Part shown: one piece after another, positions 56,701 through 64,000 of the stretch
How positions within the stretch are numbered: the stretch's first letter is position 1
Layout of the letters: the number at the start of each line of letters is the position of its first letter
Source of the DNA: a candidate division WOR-1 bacterium RIFOXYB2_FULL_46_45
GTDB taxonomy: Bacteria > Margulisbacteria > WOR-1 > XYC2-FULL-46-14
Direction of reading: 5' to 3'
DNA length: 64,000 nucleotides
NCBI GenBank assembly: GCA_001771585.1
Contig: MEUE01000001.1
Span: forward strand, 681,984 to 745,983
The notes under the pieces: generated by a model
Told to the model about the DNA's origin: nothing
What the model saw: only the letters and a program-made list of their open reading frames with translations
Database searches by the model: none
Translations under genes and position numbers: made by a program

Positions 56701-57057
56701 CTCCGGCCTTTCCCTTAATGCCGCGTTAAACTTTTCCACCAATGAAACATACCGTGAACGAAAGGACCGGTCTGTTATATGCCTGGTTAAACAATGCAAC
56801 GGGGTTCTCTGTTGAGCAATAAAATTAAAATCGTTTTCTGTCGGCGCTCCAATGCCGCTTACGTCAACCCCCATATTTTTTAAAGCCAGAAGAGCGTCCG
56901 GATCGCCATTTTGGGCATAATCCATTAATCTTGCCTGGATACGATCCACTCCGCCGGCCGCCCCCTCACCTAAATTCCGGTTAATCGCCGGTAATTTATT
57001 TTGATATGCGGCAAAATCCGCCCGTCTTGCAAAAAACTTCCGAATAAAAACGCTCAT
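53752..57057 (-). CDS. large hypothetical protein (1101 aa), soluble, with Pro/Val-rich linkers (…PAPVAPAPASVPVSVPAV…); 4th gene of a 4-gene cluster of unknowns
   Basis: Uninterrupted 3.3-kb ORF. Start overlaps the upstream gene's stop (ATGA at 57054). No Walker, TM or known catalytic motifs recognised. Confidence 0.6.
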   Translation of the reverse strand: MSVFIRKFFARRADFAAYQNKLPAINRNLGEGAAGGVDRIQARLMDYAQNGDPDALLALKNMGVDVSGIGAPTENDFNFIAQQRTPLHCLTRHITDRSFRSRYVSLVEKFNAALRERPEETATPREKISAYTAMAESFDELRTAIRDFATNGLPEQKKVLYRGFGVELTLETLISGAEQIAVAESQEPSRREVITDLRAYLGKSLSPYYYLLLHEKVTEIIDAIQSADSFIEEIPAIIQRTIIDQLPQILSKKNLIAKSMAVLEVQLPVFKAFSEPAPVAPAPASVPVSVPAVIEADTSAVVPEPVYKPAEISVTGGISKLTTDIVDRNGEPVPVDLPIKPIPVTMTPVGPLTGPLQEVPTEEDILPQEEDRFEAEETADRIISEYLFGNALKKEEELRDAIVMLLVIKGGKRKLRKLLSKLGGARRNEESLIVAAENIIKTAADYSVVNYEIGRRQAGSSEDFLARAFPERPAVAEVLPPPAPEAPIRRRKTPVEAGRIPPADVEKIKNLINTKISSVLSGPQTEGLRYAASALLQGHIPSAEVVGIFEEIGRLAEQLQRATNGSKRQAQIEFFGEIYETIGLAAVVEDEQNKTEDPITEVNRQVGEIEFSLPVVEVKRGGNIVVRPGDTKRKTEIIQGDGWRAGSKTLIEEKSRMSLGWIRGEVVGSTDLLSEEFDESWYTLSALCNAIKTDFPNLTAQTIEELNAFKDNINKTELVSIIERKNKQGLLALAKEETEFIDRMKRKEKLSSFDKRRLLEILYPATFPKNRLGEEKDRVYKLASQIAKYGEALKRGTINRLELNINAPTIDPSAIDALLKLIPPDFHDRVKIYQRANPIPERNEAREKVSGRKLIYDGSKQSVTQKEDVPEAKKTELPEVSRVFSTSDLGDPRAFLINLTAYCGNLAKRMERGEIGGVTLNFQGEHISHKTLRRLRRIFGRHRKKVKVFIRTGVGEEMKRISLGKPMREKKAFLRANRGWEEKKENWLYAHQRYLSGHNLNFGKNFTWDTVRSAMRLGSDGNGSTGSLVKGIVRDMGILQQRIRDDNSNDLAELAALRTWFSSQDNGLSKRLNTNHLAKTTIMDTADFLGRLRALLEKHPG

Positions 57058-58112
57058 TCTCCCCCCAACAAAGCGGCCTCAATCTCTCTTCTTTGTCGCA
57101 AAATTTCAGGAATTCCGGCCAGAGCGGCGGAAAATCTTTCGTTTTCCATCGCGAAGAACAAATGGATATATCCTTTGTCCAAAAATTGATCGATTGTCTC
57201 TTTAAGTTCAGCGATTGTTTGTATGTTTGGAAGGTTAAAGAAGCTGATGTCCCCCTCCGCCGCTTCTCCTTCTGCTAAAACAGAGTTAAGAATCTCGATT
57301 TTTTTAACCTGTTCGGCACTTATGCTTCTGCAAGTTAAAGCGCCGTTTTCCCAAACAACAGCCGGCGCCACAGCCGGATGAAAAGCAAGGATTGCCTTGT
57401 TAATTTCTTTCTGAATTTTGTCCGTGACTTCTTCCCGCAAACGTCGTCGCGGCCAAGAAATGGAATATTGGGATACCAGGGCCACTTCATTTTCATAGCC
57501 GCGCTTCCCGACCATGGATAACAGCCGATGGATAGAACAGTCCAAAAGCGGAGGGAGTTCCGATTTTAAATATTTTTCAATGTCTTCTATGAGCGCCACC
57601 CTGACCTCCTCCGATTTTTTGTCTGTTGATAACTCACGCAAGGCATCGAGAACTCCCCGCGTCGTAATTCTTATTCCAAATAATTCCTTTAGAACCTCCT
57701 TTCTTGGCGGAGGAGAGTATTGTTTGATCGCGAACAACAGGGTATCTCTCATGCCGTCTGCCGCTATAATCGCTTTATCATAAAGGGGAACCTTTTCTTC
57801 TTCTGTTTTGCTTATATCATATGCTTTATGGCAATCATCAACCTCAAGCGTTTGCCCTCTTAAGTGGTCCAGGGTTTCTTGAACGCAAAAATCTTCCGCT
57901 ACACTAAAAAGATCATCGGTAAACTTATTGAGCCGGTTAAAGTTTTCCGGGGAATGGACAAAAAAGTTCGCGAACCCGCCAATTTGAGAAGCATAACCGC
58001 CCCGCGCCAGGCCGGGATGGTTGGCTCTAAATTCTTTCAGCGCCTGAATTCGCCCCTGTGCGGCTGAGATTCTTTGGGGATAGGTTAGTTTAATTGGACT
58101 TGCTTGAGTCAT
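57054..58112 (-). CDS. hypothetical protein (352 aa); 3rd gene of the cluster
   Basis: ORF translationally coupled to the downstream gene. No motifs recognised. Confidence 0.55.
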   Translation of the reverse strand: MTQASPIKLTYPQRISAAQGRIQALKEFRANHPGLARGGYASQIGGFANFFVHSPENFNRLNKFTDDLFSVAEDFCVQETLDHLRGQTLEVDDCHKAYDISKTEEEKVPLYDKAIIAADGMRDTLLFAIKQYSPPPRKEVLKELFGIRITTRGVLDALRELSTDKKSEEVRVALIEDIEKYLKSELPPLLDCSIHRLLSMVGKRGYENEVALVSQYSISWPRRRLREEVTDKIQKEINKAILAFHPAVAPAVVWENGALTCRSISAEQVKKIEILNSVLAEGEAAEGDISFFNLPNIQTIAELKETIDQFLDKGYIHLFFAMENERFSAALAGIPEILRQRREIEAALLGGE

Positions 58113-58158
58113 TCTCTTCCTCCTTACATATATCGTGCGTTTGTGGAAAAAATTTCAC

Positions 58159-60297
58159 TTATCCGGCAAGTAACCGCGGATTAACCAGTCCGAAAAAAAA
58201 GCGGTCTTCCGGGGTGTCCGCCAAAAATTCCCCCTCCTGCCTTTTTCTCAGGTAAAAAAACAGGCTTGTTGAAAATTGGGCCGGATCCTGGACCGGATAC
58301 GCGGCGCGCCGCGCGTCCGACAAAAAATAATGCCAGATGATCCTTCCCATCGCGTCATGAAACAGAGGAAGCGCGTCATAAATTAATACCGGATCTCCGC
58401 TGTTTAAGATCTGTATCCCCCAATAGTCAAGGGAAAGTGCTTTTTTCTCGCCATCAAAATGGATAAAGGGAGACATTGTCTCCCTGTTTTTTTTAAATAA
58501 TGAAACCACATCATAAACATCCTTATCTTGGTACCCTGTCCGTCTTCTTTGGTTCTTAATAAGCATTTCAATGCCCCTCAACATATGAGCGGGATAAAAA
58601 CCGAAAAAATCGTCAAAAAATTTCAATTCGGACAAAGTGAAAAGGGCATCAAGGTTTAGATCCAGTTCAATGCCGTATTTTTCTTTTATTTGCTTCCTTT
58701 TTTTTCCTATTTCCGTAACCTTCCCGGGGTTTTTCTCTCGATCTTCCCTCATCCGCAGGCGGGCAACTATTTCAAATGTAATTTGATCCGGAATTTTTTT
58801 TGTCCGCATATCAGCAACTTTTAACGATGATATCTCCCGCAGCCGCTCCAAAATTATTTCTCTTGCTTCCGCGGAATAAGGGACTATTTCTGTCTTTTGA
58901 GAACCATCTTCATAGAAAATTACTCCGCGCTCATTAAAAAACACGTGACAAAACATCGGATCTTCACAAAGCAGCATCTCCGGAACTTTTTCGGCAAGGC
59001 CGCACAGGCCGACTATTTCCCTAATGTCCATTTCCCGCCCGTTTATCCCGTAATAAAAAACCTTGTTGTCAAAAAACGGTACAACCTCCCCTCTTTCTTG
59101 TGAAAGGCCAAGAAGGCGGTCGAGCCCGATGATCAAGAAGGCTGTTTTTCCGGCTTTGACAAAATTTCTTTGTTTGGTGGTCTGTTGTGCGCACCGTTTC
59201 AATAATTGAACTGCCTCCCAGTGGGCGAAGGACAAAACCATCCTATACATTTCCGAATCGGTTGTAACCGCTATGGCCAATTGGCGAAAAAGATCTCCCG
59301 ACTCTCTTGAAAATCCGCCCCCTTTTTTTAATCCCCAAAAGGTCATCTTCCCCAGCTTATCCGGCACTCCCGCCCACTGATCTAAAATACTAATTAAAGC
59401 CAGATTTTCGTAGGGGATAGCTGCGGCTTCGCTAATGGAAGAAAAACCGAGTTTTCTTGCCCCTTCTTCCGCCGATGCCAATTTCAGGATTTCATCCACC
59501 AATACCGTTACCGCTCCCCGCAGTTGAGGCAAAACTTCTTCCACAAACCGGTCAAGCAAAGAACTCTGAAGCTGTTCCGCCTGTTCCCGCGCCTGGCCGG
59601 CCGGGATCAAAGCGCGGGTTATTTGGGAAAAGGACTCTCTTTCGGAGGAATTAATTAATCGTTCCAGCAAAGCTTGCCTGTTTGATTTTTGTTTCAAGTA
59701 TTCGCCTTCGACGTTTTTTAGCTCCAAACCAATCGCTCTTATCTTTTCCCCCAGACAAGCACGGGACAAGCCCAATGGGGATTCTTCTTTTAAGATACGG
59801 CGGCTTACGCCAATAAAATCTTCAATATAAAAACCCCGCGGGGGGGATCCGATATTTTTTAGTTCCGACTTAAAAACCGACAGCATTATCAAAAGCCCGA
59901 TCAGCCCCTCTTCTCCCGCCAGCGCGATAAGCCGAGGGGAATAGTTTTCTATTCCACAACAATGGAGCTGATCACCCGTCTCATAAAAATACGTTTCAAT
60001 TCTATGATTAACCGATAATTCTCTACAAAAAGCGGCTACCGCTATCGTCATGGCGCGGACGGCGATCCGGTTGAAATCGTTTCCCGCCTGGTTAGATCTT
60101 GTAATACGGCTAATTCCTATTGATATCTGGCCGACAACTTCGGAAAGGTTTTCGTCCCGTAAAAGGCGCGCGGCAAGGCCGGGACGCGCAAAAAATGCCA
60201 GTGAATTTAATGATGTTGCCGTAAGGACCATTTGGGCGTGGGAAGAAACGCTCCCTTTTACCGTTTGCCAATTCCCGGAAACGGGGAAAACTGGCAT
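58159..60297 (-). CDS. large hypothetical protein (712 aa); 2nd gene of the cluster
   Basis: 2.1-kb ORF. Separated by 3 nt from the upstream gene. No motifs recognised. Confidence 0.6.
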   Translation of the reverse strand: MPVFPVSGNWQTVKGSVSSHAQMVLTATSLNSLAFFARPGLAARLLRDENLSEVVGQISIGISRITRSNQAGNDFNRIAVRAMTIAVAAFCRELSVNHRIETYFYETGDQLHCCGIENYSPRLIALAGEEGLIGLLIMLSVFKSELKNIGSPPRGFYIEDFIGVSRRILKEESPLGLSRACLGEKIRAIGLELKNVEGEYLKQKSNRQALLERLINSSERESFSQITRALIPAGQAREQAEQLQSSLLDRFVEEVLPQLRGAVTVLVDEILKLASAEEGARKLGFSSISEAAAIPYENLALISILDQWAGVPDKLGKMTFWGLKKGGGFSRESGDLFRQLAIAVTTDSEMYRMVLSFAHWEAVQLLKRCAQQTTKQRNFVKAGKTAFLIIGLDRLLGLSQERGEVVPFFDNKVFYYGINGREMDIREIVGLCGLAEKVPEMLLCEDPMFCHVFFNERGVIFYEDGSQKTEIVPYSAEAREIILERLREISSLKVADMRTKKIPDQITFEIVARLRMREDREKNPGKVTEIGKKRKQIKEKYGIELDLNLDALFTLSELKFFDDFFGFYPAHMLRGIEMLIKNQRRRTGYQDKDVYDVVSLFKKNRETMSPFIHFDGEKKALSLDYWGIQILNSGDPVLIYDALPLFHDAMGRIIWHYFLSDARRAAYPVQDPAQFSTSLFFYLRKRQEGEFLADTPEDRFFFGLVNPRLLAG

Positions 60298-60300
60298 TAT

Positions 60301-61542
60301 TTATTCCTCATCAAACGACTGTGGATCCGCAAAATCTTCCCATATCTCCCTAAACGAATCTCCCCTAGTACTACGATCAAATAAGCCTCCCCCCGGGGTC
60401 CTATGATTAGGAATTTCCTCCGGCGCGGGCAAAAAGTGGCTCGGCAAAATTCCTTTTATGATTTCCATTAGCTGGTTTATTCCAACCACCGGATGCTCAA
60501 TCCCTTCTTCTATTTTTTCTCTGTGTTCTCCTATAAAAAGAAGCAAATAACGCGCCTTCGCATTATTTTCGGAGGTCTTGAATAACTTGATCAAGACCTC
60601 TCTCATTTTCTCTGCCCTAAGCGAGCATAATCTCTGCAACATCAGGATCAATATCTCCTCTATTGCTTCTTCTTTTCTTATTCTATCCTCGTACCGCTCT
60701 TCTGCCCGACCTGTGCTTCCAAATCCCCGATTCCGCTCCCGAAGCCATCTTCCTGCCTGTCTCACTCCGGCTCTTTGAGCCGCCAAAAAATCTGAAACAT
60801 TATTTAGCGCAGTCGCAATTCTTTTAGAATCCGCGTACTCCAGCACTCTGGGCAAAAGGTCCGATGTCCGATTTTCTCCTGCCGATAAAACCGCTTGCAA
60901 TACGCTTCCGTTTAAAAATGGAGCAACTTTTTCAAGCATTGCTCCTTGTGTTGCAATCGCTCCTAATACTGCCGTCTTTGCTTCCGGTGCTTGAACTCTA
61001 GCAACAAGACCGGCGCATTGTTTTGGTTTTAATGTAGAAAAGAACTTTCCCAACAACTCCGGATCTACCAATCCAAGAAGCTTTTCTCTTTTAACTAAAG
61101 CTCTTCCTATCGATTCCGGGGAGCTCCCTCCTTCCCCTGCAATTGATCTAAAAACATCTTCCCCTCTTTGCGCGGGAACCGGCAATACTTCCGGCTCCTC
61201 CACCCGTTCTGCCTGCAGCTCAACAACTGCGGGCACCGGAACCACAACTTCTTCTATTATAGGCATCTGTGCTTGAAAAAACGCTTTTAAGCCGGCAGAA
61301 TCCAATTTTTGGTCTAGCGTTTCAACCTGAACGGGAGGGATTTGCCCTTCTAAAGGATTAATTTCCAATAAAGAAACCGAAACTGCCCGCACAAATTGCG
61401 CCGACAGCCCGCTCTTGCCAATCTCCGTAACAAGATTACCTAACGCAAGCAACCGCAGATCCTGCTCCCCGATTTTTACCGGAACCTTCAACCTCGAAAA
61501 TAACGGATTCGATCCTGATCTTACAATGCTTGAACCTGACAT
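60301..61542 (-). CDS. hypothetical protein (413 aa) with acidic C-terminus (…DFADPQSFDEE); 1st gene of the cluster
   Basis: ORF. Upstream AGGAGG-like sequence (tcaaggaggtaaatttattATG). No motifs recognised. Confidence 0.55.
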   Translation of the reverse strand: MSGSSIVRSGSNPLFSRLKVPVKIGEQDLRLLALGNLVTEIGKSGLSAQFVRAVSVSLLEINPLEGQIPPVQVETLDQKLDSAGLKAFFQAQMPIIEEVVVPVPAVVELQAERVEEPEVLPVPAQRGEDVFRSIAGEGGSSPESIGRALVKREKLLGLVDPELLGKFFSTLKPKQCAGLVARVQAPEAKTAVLGAIATQGAMLEKVAPFLNGSVLQAVLSAGENRTSDLLPRVLEYADSKRIATALNNVSDFLAAQRAGVRQAGRWLRERNRGFGSTGRAEERYEDRIRKEEAIEEILILMLQRLCSLRAEKMREVLIKLFKTSENNAKARYLLLFIGEHREKIEEGIEHPVVGINQLMEIIKGILPSHFLPAPEEIPNHRTPGGGLFDRSTRGDSFREIWEDFADPQSFDEE

Positions 61543-61626
61543 AATAAATTTACCTCCTTGATTATGATATATTTATATCGTACCCTTTTCCAAAAAATTT
61601 CACTTAAACTGTGTTATAATATCTTT

Positions 61627-62604
61627 GTGAGGATTCTAGCCCGTCTTATTCTTCTGCTTCTAATCCTTGCTCCACCCGCTCTTGCTATGGGAACTCCGCC
61701 TTCAACACAACCGGTTAAACAACTTTATCCGCAAGTGGAATATGCCGGGATGTTCGGCTATGCCGGCTCCGGCGACGGGCAGTTTTATTATCCCAAAGCG
61801 GTCGACGTCCCCGCCTTCGGAGATCTAACCACCGACGTCGGCAATGTCTTTGTGGCCGACACCGGCAACAACCGGATACAACGGCTGAATCCGGACGGCT
61901 CCCCGGTTTATCAGTTCGGATTCTTCGGGAGCGGAGGAAAAGAATTTAATGCCCCGTCCGGAATCGCGATTGATTTCAATCATTTTATCTTCGTAAGCGA
62001 CAAAGAGAACCATCGGATCCAGAAATTCGATATTTACGGCAACTTTATCTCCGCCTGGGGAAGCTTCGGCACCGAAAAGGGACAGTTCAGAAGCCCCCGA
62101 GGGATCGCCCTCGATTACTGGGGAAATGTCTACGCCGCCGATGTTGAGAACGACCGGATCCAAAAATTCGACCTGAACGGAAATTATATGCAGAGCTTCG
62201 GCGCCTTCGGGGTCGGCGGAGGATTTTTCGACAACCCCTCCGATGTGGCGGTCGACCGCGACCGGAATATTTTTATCGCCGACACCAACAACCATCGAAT
62301 ACAAGTAATAGACGAATACGGCCAGCCGCGCCTCTCTTTTGGAGGATTTGGAGGAAAGGCGGGCCAGTTTGATTTTCCCCAAGGGATCGCGATTAACGAC
62401 GACATCATCTGCGTGGCCGACACGGGCAACAACCGGATCCAGGTCTTCGACAAGCGCGGAAATTTTCTGCTCCTGTTCGGGGAAAAGGGATCAAATCCCG
62501 GACAATTTATGGAACCGGTCGGCCTGGCATTCGGCGCCGGAAAAATCCTGTATGTTGTTGATTCAAGGAACCAGCGGATCCAAAAGTTTCAATTAAGGTA
62601 CTGA
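61627..62604 (+). CDS. exported NHL-repeat beta-propeller protein
   Basis: Six NHL-type blades (…FVADTGNNRIQRLNPDG…, …FVSDKENHRIQKFD…, …YAADVENDRIQKFD…, …FIADTNNHRIQVID…, …CVADTGNNRIQVFD…, …YVVDSRNQRIQKFQ). Signal peptide (R)ILARLILLLLILAPPALA. Start is uncertain. The tabulated ATG at 61558 would make the promoter-like TGTTATAAT (61612-61620) coding. GTG at 61627 is an alternative. Confidence 0.7.
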   Translation: MRILARLILLLLILAPPALAMGTPPSTQPVKQLYPQVEYAGMFGYAGSGDGQFYYPKAVDVPAFGDLTTDVGNVFVADTGNNRIQRLNPDGSPVYQFGFFGSGGKEFNAPSGIAIDFNHFIFVSDKENHRIQKFDIYGNFISAWGSFGTEKGQFRSPRGIALDYWGNVYAADVENDRIQKFDLNGNYMQSFGAFGVGGGFFDNPSDVAVDRDRNIFIADTNNHRIQVIDEYGQPRLSFGGFGGKAGQFDFPQGIAINDDIICVADTGNNRIQVFDKRGNFLLLFGEKGSNPGQFMEPVGLAFGAGKILYVVDSRNQRIQKFQLRY

Positions 62605-62659
62605 AGCACCTCGCTTAAAATAGGCCGTTAACGGCAGAAAAGCTCCAAAAGGAATTGTT

Positions 62660-64000
62660 ATGAGGATACTATTAACTATTTCGGCTCTTCTGGCGGCGCT
62701 CGCCGTTTTCGCGGCGGCGGCACCCTTTTACGAGTCGGCCGATTTCAGCATAAACTTCAGCCCCGACTACCCGCTCATAATCGGAAAAGAGACGCAGATT
62801 AAAGTCGTAAGCCCAATCACGGCCCGAAGGGTCACCGCGGTCTTTGACAACGAGGATAAGGTCCGGCTTAATTTTGAAAACGGATCCTGGTTGGGAAAAT
62901 ATCTCATCCCTGCCGATTTTGAATCGGGCTGGCACCCCTTGAATATTTATTTTGTCAAAAAGGCGGAGGCGGAACCAAACCTCTTTCAAAAATTTTTCTT
63001 CTTTATCCGCCTGCGTAGCCCGGAACCAAAATACAAAGACACTTTGATCAAACGCTCCATGAATATCCGGATCTTTAAGCAGGAAGAGTTAGATGCGAAT
63101 CCGTTACTCCTCTCTTCTTCTTATCCGAGCAACGAGGCGGAGGTGGTCCTTCACATTGAAAGAGCCACCTTGGAAGGGTATCAGGAGATCGGGGGGGAAC
63201 CCGAGGGAGCGACGCTGGATGAATTATTGGGAAAGCCGGTCAGCAAAGAGGCTTTTCCGTTGCGAATCAAGGGGAGCCGAATTTTCACCTTCAACCAGAA
63301 GACCGTGGAGGGGACAAAAGAATCGTATCTCCCCGGAGCCGGCCGGGAAGAATCGTTGAGGATCAATGTCAGCGGAAAAATGGACGGGACCGAGATCGAC
63401 GCCAATTTCTTTTCCACCTCCAGCTTGAGCACGACGCAAACTTCAACCCGCGAAGAAAAAGTTTCAATTTTATTGCGGCGCGGGTCGCTTGAAGCGTATA
63501 TGGGGGACTTTACCGCCGACTTGAACGATACCGAATTTACTCCGCTCACCCAGCTAATCTCCGGAATACGGATACAGGGAGAAAATAAATACGGCGGTTT
63601 CAAGGCGATTGTTTCAACTCCAAAAGGGAGCGCCAAAATCACCCGGCTGTACGGAAACGGGACCCAGGGCCCGTACTATCTCACCCCCGCTCCGGTCGAG
63701 GTCGACAGCGAACGGGTCTATTTGAACGACCTGCTCCAAAAACGGGGGGATGAATACACGATCGACTACAACGCCGGAACAATCACATTCAGAAAAAAGA
63801 CCTTGATCTCCACCGACATTATTGAAACCTATTACAACTATCGTGAAACAATCTACCAGCACGGGCTTTATGCTTTCCGCGGCTATGTCAAACCGAGCGA
63901 CCGCTTGAGGATCGGGGCAAGTTATATTAACGACTCGGACTCGCTCCAAAATGCCCAAAGTATCCAATCACAAACCGGAGCCAACCCAAAAAGCCACCAG
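62660..64000 (+). CDS. exported hypothetical protein, 5' portion (447 codons, runs off the window end); not in the supplied ORF track
   Basis: ATG at 62660 followed by signal peptide MRILLTISALLAALAVFAAAAP. Frame 2 stays open for 1341 nt to the window edge. The antisense and off-frame ORFs listed for this region (62672-62989, 63093-63359, 63181-63642, 63614-63967) are shadows. Confidence 0.65.
   Translation, partial: MRILLTISALLAALAVFAAAAPFYESADFSINFSPDYPLIIGKETQIKVVSPITARRVTAVFDNEDKVRLNFENGSWLGKYLIPADFESGWHPLNIYFVKKAEAEPNLFQKFFFFIRLRSPEPKYKDTLIKRSMNIRIFKQEELDANPLLLSSSYPSNEAEVVLHIERATLEGYQEIGGEPEGATLDELLGKPVSKEAFPLRIKGSRIFTFNQKTVEGTKESYLPGAGREESLRINVSGKMDGTEIDANFFSTSSLSTTQTSTREEKVSILLRRGSLEAYMGDFTADLNDTEFTPLTQLISGIRIQGENKYGGFKAIVSTPKGSAKITRLYGNGTQGPYYLTPAPVEVDSERVYLNDLLQKRGDEYTIDYNAGTITFRKKTLISTDIIETYYNYRETIYQHGLYAFRGYVKPSDRLRIGASYINDSDSLQNAQSIQSQTGANPKSHQ

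Noticed and set aside
61558-61626. Tabulated N-terminus MIMIYLYRTLFQKISLKLCYNIFV of the NHL-repeat protein
   Set aside because: It would translate straight through an extended -10-like TGTTATAAT element and is not signal-peptide-like. The hydrophobic signal peptide begins after the GTG at 61627. The start remains uncertain.

Overview
This 64-kb window is bacterial, roughly 45-50% GC by eye, and densely coding on both strands. The organism looks diderm: msbA, a heptosyltransferase, an AsmA-like protein, an OMP-like protein and a pseudopilin/GspF pair are all present. A cyanobacterial-type lpxB-related gene and a four-helix-bundle gene hint weakly at a cyanobacteria-related lineage (Melainabacteria/Margulis-like). 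This is a guess.

The content falls into seven blocks:

- **1-10.8 kb.** A lipopolysaccharide/glycan biosynthesis cluster: the C-terminal end of a possible lpxB, msbA, an LpxB-related GT, a GT1, three GT2s, a SAM methyltransferase, a GT9 heptosyltransferase, and an ArnT-like GT39 with its GT2 partner.
- **10.8-17.3 kb.** A tail-less ssb with a terminator, a nitroreductase, an LCP protein, and thiH-thiG. These are followed by a REP-associated tyrosine transposase (RAYT) flanked by seven REP-like palindromes, then a gltD/sudA-like oxidoreductase and a CheY-like receiver.
- **17.4-26.1 kb.** An OMP-like protein, typA, an AsmA-like protein, an FAD flavoprotein, and small, exported and Ntn-hydrolase genes.
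- **26.1-32.6 kb.** A rearranged locus. Short copies of the 3' ends of mscS and a P-type ATPase flank an alpha/beta-hydrolase gene, and the same boundary sequences recur around an SPFH gene. The pattern suggests a tandem duplication followed by reciprocal losses.
- **32.6-38.9 kb.** Two overlapping small genes from a leaderless promoter, tRNA-Asn, a transporter, a GH130-like gene, a GT4-glycoside-hydrolase fusion, and a PyrK-like FNR subunit.
- **38.9-53.7 kb.** An opp/dpp ABC importer operon interrupted twice. One interruption is fdx-lemA-htpX. The other is an ADP-ribosylglycohydrolase, an unknown protein, and a HEPN/MNT toxin-antitoxin pair whose MNT carries a wHTH fusion. Downstream lie a four-helix-bundle ('23S IVS') gene embedded in TTCCCTG/CAGGGAA repeat arrays, a pseudopilin, gspF/pilC, tatD, metG and a tandem-REC response regulator.
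- **53.7-61.5 kb.** Four tightly packed large ORFs (1101, 352, 712 and 413 aa) with no recognisable domains. This is the best candidate for an undescribed system.
- **61.5-64.0 kb.** An NHL-repeat exported protein and a long exported ORF that runs off the window end and is absent from the ORF track.
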